A DNA stretch of 51,129 nucleotides from NCBI GenBank assembly GCA_002716485.1, contig PBBE01000005.1:1-51129 (forward strand), written 5' to 3'. The stretch is from Actinomycetota bacterium (GTDB lineage: Bacteria > Margulisbacteria > Marinamargulisbacteria > GCA-2716485). Shown in pieces: positions 18,932-26,010 of this stretch (position 1 is its first letter; each line of letters begins with the position of its first letter). A program made the position numbers and the translations under genes. Below the pieces are notes generated by a model. The model was not told where the DNA came from and did no database searches. It saw only the letters and a list, made by a program, of their open reading frames with translations.

Positions 18932-19648
18932 GTGGATGTTGGGCAGCTTAGGAGCCAAGAGGCTTTTAAAGAGAAAGAGGACCTGGGTATTTCTGAATCT
19001 TTTATTCAAGAGCATCAGTCGATTATCGATTCGATATCGTCTCGGGTTATCTCCCAGTATCGGGTCCCGTCTGGGGTTGAATTTTCAGATTTGGTTAGCT
19101 GGGGGATTGAGGGCTTGATTAAGGCCAAGAAACGCTTTAAAGGGGACCAGGGGTCTACATTTAAGACCTATGCCTTTTATCGGATCCGAGGTGAGATTTT
19201 GGATCGGATTCGGCGGGAATGGCACTATAAGAGCCCTTCTGATGTCCGTAGTTTTCGACAAGAGGTCCGAGAGCGGATCGTGGATTATGCTGAAGCGGAG
19301 TCCAATGAACCCAATAACGAGTCTGCGAGTAAGACGCGGGACCGATTACTTAAAAACTCGGCCTTGGTGTATATGTTAACCTCTGAGACGTTACGGGTTG
19401 TCCAAGAGAAGGAGCGGCAAAGTGACCCTGAGAGCCGGCATGTGGACCAAAACTATGAAGGGTTATGGTCGGAGGTCTCGGATTTAGATGAGGACGAGCA
19501 GGAGATTGTGGATTTGATGTACAAGCAGGGTAAGAAGCAGAACGAAGTATCGGACTTGTTAAAGTATTCGAAGAGTAAGGTCTGTCGGATCCATAACCGG
19601 GTTTTAGAGAAGTTGAAACGGCGATTAGAAACGAAGGGGCTGTTATGA
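18932..19648 (+). CDS. fliA: Flagellar sigma factor (sigma-28, FliA/WhiG-like)
   Basis: 238 aa with a GTG start. It has sigma70 region 2 (DLVSWGIEGLIKAKKRF...FKTYAFYRIRGEILDRIRRE) and a region 4 HTH (EQEIVDLMYKQGKKQNEVSDLLKYSKSKVCRIHNRVLEKLK). Both its size and its position inside a flagellar operon fit FliA. Confidence 0.78.
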   Translation: MDVGQLRSQEAFKEKEDLGISESFIQEHQSIIDSISSRVISQYRVPSGVEFSDLVSWGIEGLIKAKKRFKGDQGSTFKTYAFYRIRGEILDRIRREWHYKSPSDVRSFRQEVRERIVDYAEAESNEPNNESASKTRDRLLKNSALVYMLTSETLRVVQEKERQSDPESRHVDQNYEGLWSEVSDLDEDEQEIVDLMYKQGKKQNEVSDLLKYSKSKVCRIHNRVLEKLKRRLETKGLL

Positions 19649-20037
19649 CACGGGGATTTATGGGGTTGGTATTGCTATTGATTTGGGTGGGTAGTGTATC
19701 GGCGCAACAGAGTCGTGACTGGCTGGATGATTTTTTGTATTCGGAATCGGACGAGCGTTTGGAAGATGCCATTGTGGAGTCGAGTAAAATTCATGCCATG
19801 TACAGTTACAATTTATCGAATGCGGCGACCCAGGGTTTTGTCCCGATTTTGTCTCGAGAAGACCAGTTAGAGTTGGCGGGGATGGTCCCGGACGATTCGT
19901 ATCATTTTAATCAGGTGGTTATTGAACATTTGACCACTAAAATGGCCCGAAACAGTCGTCGTCAGGCGGCTTTTTATGCCATGTATCGTAAGAAAGTCGA
20001 TAATTATCGACAGGTGGTCAGCTTTGGTAAAAAATAA
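19645..20037 (+). CDS. flgB: Flagellar proximal rod protein FlgB-like
   Basis: The ATG overlaps the fliA stop (ATGA), and AAGGGG lies upstream. It has a divergent rod N-motif (YSYNLSNAATQGFVP). The first ~20 aa are hydrophobic; an alternative TTG start at 19735 would remove them. Confidence 0.7.
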   Translation: MTRGFMGLVLLLIWVGSVSAQQSRDWLDDFLYSESDERLEDAIVESSKIHAMYSYNLSNAATQGFVPILSREDQLELAGMVPDDSYHFNQVVIEHLTTKMARNSRRQAAFYAMYRKKVDNYRQVVSFGKK

Positions 20038-20080
20038 GGGGTTTTTTCTGGCCCTTATAGGGCTCTTTCCGTCGTTGATA

Positions 20081-20476
20081 ATGGCGACGACCTTAGATCA
20101 TGCCTTTAAGGTTAATACTTCTGGTATTATTACCCAGCGGGTTAAAATGACGACCATTGCTGAGAATTTGGCGAACTTGATGACCCTTAAAGATGAAGAG
20201 ACAGGCCTGCCCTACCAGAAGAAGTACGTTACTTTTGAGGCGACCGGAGATGGGGTTAGGGTTTCGGATATTGGCCGTAGTACGGACCCTTTTGCACGGT
20301 ACTTTGACCCGGCGGCACCTCAGTCGGATGAGAACGGGTACTTTTATTTACCGAATGTGGATATGCCGAGTGAGATGGTTAATTTGAAGTATACGGAGGT
20401 TATGTTTGAGGTGAACTCTAATGCCTTTAAGTTGACCAAGCAGATGTACCAGACCGCCACGGAGTTAATGAAGTAG
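20081..20476 (+). CDS. flgC: Flagellar proximal rod protein FlgC
   Basis: ORF 19976..20476. From the ATG at 20081 the protein is canonical (MATTLDHAFKVNTSGIITQRVKMTTIAENLANL...). FlgC hallmarks PYQKKYVTF and GYFYLPNVDMPSEMVNL are present. Confidence 0.85.
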   Translation: MATTLDHAFKVNTSGIITQRVKMTTIAENLANLMTLKDEETGLPYQKKYVTFEATGDGVRVSDIGRSTDPFARYFDPAAPQSDENGYFYLPNVDMPSEMVNLKYTEVMFEVNSNAFKLTKQMYQTATELMK

Positions 20477-20657
20477 CGGATAGGCATAATATATTTATTG
20501 AGAAGATGAGTGCTAGAGAGTGGTGTTAAGTTGTTTTTATTGGAACAGATGTTGAATGAGTTCTAAGTGTCGTGTGGTTAGAGGTAGTCAATATCCATAG
20601 ATTCAAAATCTTCATTGCCTTTGTGGTGTAAATTTCATTTAATATCGTTCTAAAAAA

Positions 20658-20666
20658 TGATATAAT
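20658..20666 (+). promoter_or_regulatory. Extended -10 element TGATATAAT upstream of fliE
   Basis: Read directly. It lies in the AT-rich ~220-250 bp gap between flgC and fliE, the only sizeable gap in the flagellar cluster. Confidence 0.3.
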
Positions 20667-20724
20667 ATAAGTAGATTTCGTCGAGTCAATTCTTTTGGCG
20701 TTTGATTTGAAAGGGTATGTGTTC

Positions 20725-21270
20725 ATGGCTATTGATCCAGTACGACGTCAGCAATTGCAGCAAATTGCCAAACAGATGGCCCCGTCAGGGACCGTTTCGG
20801 ATATCGCGTTTCAAGGGTTCTTGGATGAGGCATTGACCGCGTCGGTGGATAAAACAGCCCCGCCTTTGGCCAATTTGGGCCTGGCCCCGCCTTTGGAGAA
20901 TAATCATTTGGTGGCTCAGGTCACCCAAGATGAGATCGATCAGATCGAAGTGGGTCGGCGGGAAGACCAACAGCAAGAACAGTCCCAACTCATTGAGCCT
21001 ACCACAGTCATGGACGTGGACTTGGATGCCAGTCGATTGGCGGTGACCCCTTTCCAGCTCTTTTTGGATAAAGCCGTGGACGCTTTGCAAGGGATCAGTG
21101 ATATGGAACAGCGGGTTAATGACCTGACTGATGAGTATATCGATGGTAAGGCCTCTATTGATGATGTATCGATTGCCACGACGAAATTGAACTTGTCTAT
21201 TACCTTTGCTACCACGGTGATTACTACCGCGACCACGACCTTAAAAGAAATTATTAATATGCAAATTTAA
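20725..21270 (+). CDS. fliE: FliE-like protein with a long N-terminal extension
   Basis: ORF 20695..21270 (TTG), with the first ATG at 20725. The C-terminal ~80 aa resemble FliE (FQLFLDKAVDALQGISDMEQRVNDLTDEY...ATTKLNLSITFATTV...LKEIINMQI). It sits directly upstream of fliF. At about 181-191 aa it is roughly twice the usual FliE size. Confidence 0.6.
   Translation: MAIDPVRRQQLQQIAKQMAPSGTVSDIAFQGFLDEALTASVDKTAPPLANLGLAPPLENNHLVAQVTQDEIDQIEVGRREDQQQEQSQLIEPTTVMDVDLDASRLAVTPFQLFLDKAVDALQGISDMEQRVNDLTDEYIDGKASIDDVSIATTKLNLSITFATTVITTATTTLKEIINMQI
20857..20896 (+). repeat. 13-bp direct repeat GCCCCGCCTTTGG x2 (27-bp period) inside fliE
   Basis: Read directly at 20857..20869 and 20884..20896. 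It encodes APPLANLGLAPPLEN in the FliE N-terminal extension. Confidence 0.8.
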
Positions 21271-21294
21271 CCCCTAGATTGAGGATGACCTGAT

Positions 21295-23100
21295 ATGGCT
21301 GAAGAAGAATTAGAAGACGATATTTTAGATGACCTAGGTGATGAAGAGGAAGACGCACTTCTCGATGAGGCTGAGCTGTCCGCTGCTTCCGGGGCGAGTC
21401 AGGGCTCTTTAATGGACCGTGTTCGTGCCTTGGGGAAAGGGCGACCGATTGTCCTTGTTGGGGGTATCGCAGCTGGGGTGGTGCTCTTGGGTGTTTTTAT
21501 TTTAGGGGCCCGATTATTGGGATCCTCAGATGTTTCGTCGGCCGAAAAAAAGGTGGATCCGGGGACCTTTATTACTCAAGTTGATGGCAATCAGGTGGCG
21601 ACCTCTCGTGCTGATATTGATCGAGAGAATGAACGAGAACGGAAAAAGAAAAAGAAGAAGAAAAAGAAGAAAATTAAGTATGTGATGATGTTTTCTACAT
21701 TGACGGGTGACCAGTCCGCTCAGGTGGTCAAGCAGTTGACCTTTTCGGGGATCCCGTTTACGACCAAACAGACTGGAAAAAACTATTCGGTGTCTGTGGA
21801 TGAGAATCGGGTGAGTGAGGCACAGAATATTTTGGCGATCCAGGGGTTACCGGCGGGTGGCAAAAAAGGCTATGAAATTTTAGATGACGCTCAGACCTTA
21901 GGGGTGACTGAATTTGATAAACGGATCCGGTACTTACGGGCCTTGTCGGGTGAATTGGAAAAGGCCATTATTCAATTTGAAATGATTGAAGATGCCAAGG
22001 TCCAGATCGTTTTGCCTGAACAGCGGCTCTTTGCAGTCTCTCAGCCGCCTGTGACTGCCTCGATTTTGATCCGAAAGGTTCGGGACCGCTCCATTGATGA
22101 CCCGGTGGTCTTTGGGATTATTCAGTTGGTGGCCAATGCTGTGGAGAACTTGCAACCTGAAAATGTCTCGGTGATTGATACGAGAGGGATTGTTTTATCG
22201 GAAGGGATCTTTGAACGGATTGCGGCCGGTAAACTTTTGGATATGAGTGACTCCTTGCCGGAAGTGGAGAAGATGGCTAGTGTCCCGGACGAGCCTCAAG
22301 ATGTTTTGGATCTTGACACTGACTCGATTGGTGACTTGGGTTCAGATAATGTGGATGGGATAGATGATGAGGCGGATTTGTTGCCTGTGGGTCGGCCCAT
22401 TGTCCCGGACGTGGAACAGATCAAGAGCTGGTTCGAAATTAAAGAATTATTTGAAAAGAATTTGGCGGAACGGGCCATGAAACAGATGGTCGGTATTTTG
22501 CCTATTGGCTTGTATCGGGTCTCGGTGACCTCGGATATTGGTGGGGTTGATGGTGATCAGGGCGTGGAGATTCGGCGCCTTTTGGTGAATGTGGTGGTGG
22601 ATAGTATCAGTGACGAGGTCTTTTTAGATGATGAGGTTAAAGACAAGATTTTTCGTTCAGTGGCGGGGGCTGTGAACTATGTGAAGGGCCGGGATAGTAT
22701 TAACTTGACCCGGGCTGATTTTTCTTTGTTTACGCCTGAAGAGTTGGCTGAGATTGACGCCTTGCGCCAGAAATCGAAAGTGGTTTCTTTTTTGAAGACT
22801 GTGATGGGATTGGTTCTGGTGGCTGGCTTGGTAGTGGCGGGTCGTTTTGGGTACCGGAAATGGCGTCAGCGATCTGAAGTGGTTCCGAACCAGGTGGATG
22901 ATATGTTTGCGAAAGAGACGCCCGTTGACACGGAGTTGCCCACTGAACAAGGTGTGGCTGAGTTGAATACTCAGTTACTTGAGATGGCCCAAAATGAGGC
23001 CCCTGTATTGGCAGAGTTGATGAACGAATGGCTGAGTGAGGAGACCCAAAATGGGGACGTAACCCCAGAGGAGAGTTTGGAATTGGAAGCAGTGACATGA
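21295..23100 (+). CDS. fliF: Flagellar MS-ring protein FliF, with acidic extensions and a poly-Lys insert
   Basis: 601 aa. It has TM1 (IVLVGGIAAGVVLLGVFILGA) and an RBM-type block (VVKQLTFSGIPFTTKQTGKNYSVSVDENRVSEAQNILAIQGLP). TM2 follows (VMGLVLVAGLVVAG), then a C-terminal FliG-binding-like helix (PVLAELMNEWLSEE). Confidence 0.85.
   Translation: MAEEELEDDILDDLGDEEEDALLDEAELSAASGASQGSLMDRVRALGKGRPIVLVGGIAAGVVLLGVFILGARLLGSSDVSSAEKKVDPGTFITQVDGNQVATSRADIDRENERERKKKKKKKKKKIKYVMMFSTLTGDQSAQVVKQLTFSGIPFTTKQTGKNYSVSVDENRVSEAQNILAIQGLPAGGKKGYEILDDAQTLGVTEFDKRIRYLRALSGELEKAIIQFEMIEDAKVQIVLPEQRLFAVSQPPVTASILIRKVRDRSIDDPVVFGIIQLVANAVENLQPENVSVIDTRGIVLSEGIFERIAAGKLLDMSDSLPEVEKMASVPDEPQDVLDLDTDSIGDLGSDNVDGIDDEADLLPVGRPIVPDVEQIKSWFEIKELFEKNLAERAMKQMVGILPIGLYRVSVTSDIGGVDGDQGVEIRRLLVNVVVDSISDEVFLDDEVKDKIFRSVAGAVNYVKGRDSINLTRADFSLFTPEELAEIDALRQKSKVVSFLKTVMGLVLVAGLVVAGRFGYRKWRQRSEVVPNQVDDMFAKETPVDTELPTEQGVAELNTQLLEMAQNEAPVLAELMNEWLSEETQNGDVTPEESLELEAVT
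21641..21673 (+). repeat. 33-nt homopurine (A/G only) tract encoding RKKKKKKKKKKIK in FliF
   Basis: Read directly: GGAAAAAGAAAAAGAAGAAGAAAAAGAAGAAAA. Confidence 0.9.
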
Positions 23101-23774
23101 GTTATACCGGAAAAGAAAAAGCATTGATTTTATTGGCCCAGTTAGGGGATAACGCTGATCAAGTTCTGGCCTTGCTTGAGCCGAGTAGTGCCGATATTTT
23201 GACCAGTGCCATTGAAAATGCACCGGTTTTAGATGATCAGCAACGACAGGTGTTTTTGAGTGAGGTTATATCTGAAGCTGAGTCACGACGTGCTCAAAGT
23301 GCCTCTGTTGAGTCAGGTTCTGAGTTAAGTGAGTTAGCTGGGCCGGAGTTACTGGAGTCGGATAGTGACGAGGATCAAGGGGCCTTGGATGAGGCGGTGA
23401 CGGCCATTTCAGATGAACACGCTATGAGTGATGAGCCTGGCTCATCTGAGTTGGAATCGACTGAAGAGGCTCAGGATACAAGTGACGAGGAGGTGTCGTC
23501 TGAGCCGAGTAAGGTTAAACGTTCTTCTGAGCAGATTGCGACCTTATTGGCAGATCAACAGGTCCAAATCTCGGCTTTCTTTTTGATGCGGCTTGAGGAG
23601 TCGGAACGAGACGAGATCATGGATGCCTTACCTGAATCCTATCGGGACGAGGTCTTGGCTCGGAACGTGGAACGCATCCCCTTATCGGACCGGGTTTTTG
23701 ATCGATTGTTTGAAAAGATTGCTTATCAGGACCCCGAAGAGGCTGAACAAGACGCGGAAGAGGATTTCTTTTAA
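23097..23774 (+). CDS. Short FliG-like protein (N-terminal domain plus start of the middle domain only)
   Basis: 225 aa; the ATG overlaps the fliF stop (ATGA). The opening is FliG_N-like (GKEKALILLAQLGDNADQVLALLEPSSADILTSAIE). An ~85-aa acidic linker follows, then an ARM-like segment (IATLLADQQVQISAFFLMRLEESERDEIMDALPESYRDEVLARNVERI). The ORF ends where the convergent lnt begins. Confidence 0.5.
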   Translation: MSYTGKEKALILLAQLGDNADQVLALLEPSSADILTSAIENAPVLDDQQRQVFLSEVISEAESRRAQSASVESGSELSELAGPELLESDSDEDQGALDEAVTAISDEHAMSDEPGSSELESTEEAQDTSDEEVSSEPSKVKRSSEQIATLLADQQVQISAFFLMRLEESERDEIMDALPESYRDEVLARNVERIPLSDRVFDRLFEKIAYQDPEEAEQDAEEDFF

Positions 23775-25330
23775 GTTTGTTGTTGGGATCGCCAGTACCG
23801 AAACTGTTGGACAGCTATTATTAGTAAGATGAGTATGCTGGTTAGTAGTAAGGGCAGGTTACCGACCTGGGTATAGGGTGTGATTTGATTTTTCAGTGGG
23901 ATCGTTGCACTGAGGACGGCGACTTTATTGAGCTGACTTTTCTCTTGGAGTCGGCCTTGAGGGTCGATGATGGCTGAGATGCCGGTATTCGCGCTTTGGA
24001 TACTGCTGCGTTGGGACTCGACTGCCCTGAAAATACTCATTTGTAAGAGGTACTCGGCCGCGGCGGAGTCATTGAACCAGGCATTATTTACTAAAATAAT
24101 ATTGGCCTTGGCACCGTTTCGTACCGCCCGGTGAAGGTATTGTGGGAAGACGGCCTCTAGACAAATTGCGGCACCGAGTGGGATATTATTGACGTGAAAT
24201 AGTTGTTTGGGTTCCCCGTGACTGAACTCAGAGTGGGGGATGAAATTATCTAGATTGAGGGCCTTGAATAGGCCCTTGGCGGGCCAATATTCGCCGAATG
24301 GCATTAACTTAATTTTATGGTACGGGTCTTTGGCTAGCCCGTCTTTGGAGATTTTTACAATACTGTTATAGTGGGCACCGCGTTCCCGGATGGGGGTCCC
24401 GAAGATGATTTCGGCATTAAATGTCTGGGCGATACTGACCAGTTTTTGGATGAAGTGTGGTTGTTCTAAATTGAAGCTGGGGGTAATGGTCTCTGGGAAG
24501 ATGAGCCATTGATTGGGCTTTTTTTGTAGGGTCTGGATGGCAAGTGTGATGAATGATTCACGGATCATGGGCCATTTTTCAGGTGTGAGCTTATGGATTT
24601 GGGTATGGTTGCCTTGAATGATACTAACGGCTTGGCTATCGGGGGGATTGTTGGGATGACGGAGCCAATATTGGCCCAGTAGATAGGGGACGATGAGCAG
24701 GCTTAAGGCCAGGATGCGTAGTGGAACTGAAGGGTTGAAATGCTGTTTGGGTAGGGGGCGTTGTAAGGGGCGATAGACTCTGGGTAGGAGCTGGATCAGG
24801 TACAAGAGACTGATATTGGTGACCAAGAGCCAGGCGCTGATGCCCAGGACCCCAATATACTGGGACCATTGTAGGATGGGGAGTTGATAGGCTTGGGAAT
24901 AGCCCAAGCTCATGCCAGGGTTGCCGAAGGGGGCGATGATCTTGAGCCATTCGCCTAGGAACCAACATGCGGGTAGGGCCAATAGCTGTCCGTTACAAAG
25001 TCCGAACAAAAGGCCGATCAGGGCATAAAAGAGACTGAGGTACAGGCAATAGATTAGCCATAAGCTAGAGATGCTTGCCCAGCTGGACCATGAATGTAGT
25101 TCTAGCATCCAAGATTGGCCGATGAGCATTAAGGTTAGCCCGAACAGGCCACAAATACGCATGTAGCGAAGGGCTTTTTGGTAGCGTTTCATGGGCTGCT
25201 TTCGGATCTTGAGTAACCCGATAATCAGGGGGATTAAGGCGATATGGGCCAGCCAATATAAATTGGCCTTGGGAAAACAGAGGCTAAGTAATAGCCCTGA
25301 TAAGATCGCTAAATAATTTGAATATCCCAT
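23771..25330 (-). CDS. lnt: Apolipoprotein N-acyltransferase
   Basis: 519 aa with a multi-TM N-terminal half. The C-terminal half is a CN-hydrolase domain with the catalytic Cys context (PLGAAICLEAVFPQ) and NNAWF. Confidence 0.85.
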   Translation of the reverse strand: MGYSNYLAILSGLLLSLCFPKANLYWLAHIALIPLIIGLLKIRKQPMKRYQKALRYMRICGLFGLTLMLIGQSWMLELHSWSSWASISSLWLIYCLYLSLFYALIGLLFGLCNGQLLALPACWFLGEWLKIIAPFGNPGMSLGYSQAYQLPILQWSQYIGVLGISAWLLVTNISLLYLIQLLPRVYRPLQRPLPKQHFNPSVPLRILALSLLIVPYLLGQYWLRHPNNPPDSQAVSIIQGNHTQIHKLTPEKWPMIRESFITLAIQTLQKKPNQWLIFPETITPSFNLEQPHFIQKLVSIAQTFNAEIIFGTPIRERGAHYNSIVKISKDGLAKDPYHKIKLMPFGEYWPAKGLFKALNLDNFIPHSEFSHGEPKQLFHVNNIPLGAAICLEAVFPQYLHRAVRNGAKANIILVNNAWFNDSAAAEYLLQMSIFRAVESQRSSIQSANTGISAIIDPQGRLQEKSQLNKVAVLSATIPLKNQITPYTQVGNLPLLLTSILILLIIAVQQFRYWRSQQQT

Positions 25331-26010
25331 GAAATAAAATCCTCGTAACCGTTAATATTATCCACTGAAAAATCGCTGCCTTCGATACTTTCGTGTAAGC
25401 GGTTTTTGATACTGATGCTCTCTTCGGTCCGTTTGATTAGGATCCCACTTTCTGATTGGTTGATATTATCGCGCCTGACACTTAAGAGTTTTAGATATAC
25501 GGTCTCGTCTTGATCGATATTGAGTTGGGAGCTGTCTATTGTTAAGGTCAGGGTCTTGTTGCTGATTTGATACGTGACTGGGTCAAAGGAGAGTGAGGGT
25601 AGGAATTGGTGATGGGTGTTTGTATCGGCGGTGGCGGGGAACTTGGGCGCATGGTGGATATATTCGACGGTGTTTTTGCTGAGGTAGATGTAGCCGGCCC
25701 AGGACTGAAAGTAGTCGTTATAGTAGGTGCTTAGTGGGGTCTCGGTCTTGGCTTGTAAGGTCAGTGAGAATTCGTCGTAAGCTTTGCCAGGGGTGAATAA
25801 ATATTCGTTCACTTCAGGGACGTTAATATCCGCTTGGTCGGAGAGGACCAAAATATAGTTGCTGGCCTGTTGGGCGTTGCTAGTTAGAGAACCATTAAAG
25901 GTGATCTTGATTTGTAGGTAATGGATCAGGTATTGGTCTGAGACCCGGTTCGCACAGCTGACGAGTAAGCAAGTGAATATGATCATGGCAAATTTGAGTG
26001 TCTGTGTCAT
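25309..26010 (-). CDS. Lipoprotein of unknown function (candidate LptD partner)
   Basis: ORF 25309..26055. The ATG at 26010 overlaps the lptD-like stop (ATGA). A lipobox is present (FTCLLVS-C). I recognise no family. Confidence 0.55.
   Translation of the reverse strand: MTQTLKFAMIIFTCLLVSCANRVSDQYLIHYLQIKITFNGSLTSNAQQASNYILVLSDQADINVPEVNEYLFTPGKAYDEFSLTLQAKTETPLSTYYNDYFQSWAGYIYLSKNTVEYIHHAPKFPATADTNTHHQFLPSLSFDPVTYQISNKTLTLTIDSSQLNIDQDETVYLKLLSVRRDNINQSESGILIKRTEESISIKNRLHESIEGSDFSVDNINGYEDFISWDIQII

Noticed and set aside
18885-19118. An ATG at 18885 with a very strong AAGGGGGGAG Shine-Dalgarno. It opens a 77-aa ORF out of frame with fliA and overlapping its start.
   Set aside because: The product looks non-protein-like (Arg/Leu/Gly-rich), and FliA already has a normal-length N-terminus from the GTG at 18932. 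A uORF or a frameshifted fliA start cannot be excluded, but I have no support for either.
20541-20556. TGGAACAGATGTTGAA upstream of fliE as a possible sigma-54 promoter.
   Set aside because: The -12 element reads TTGA instead of TTGC, and the -24 element has a mismatch. This is too weak to call without a PWM score.
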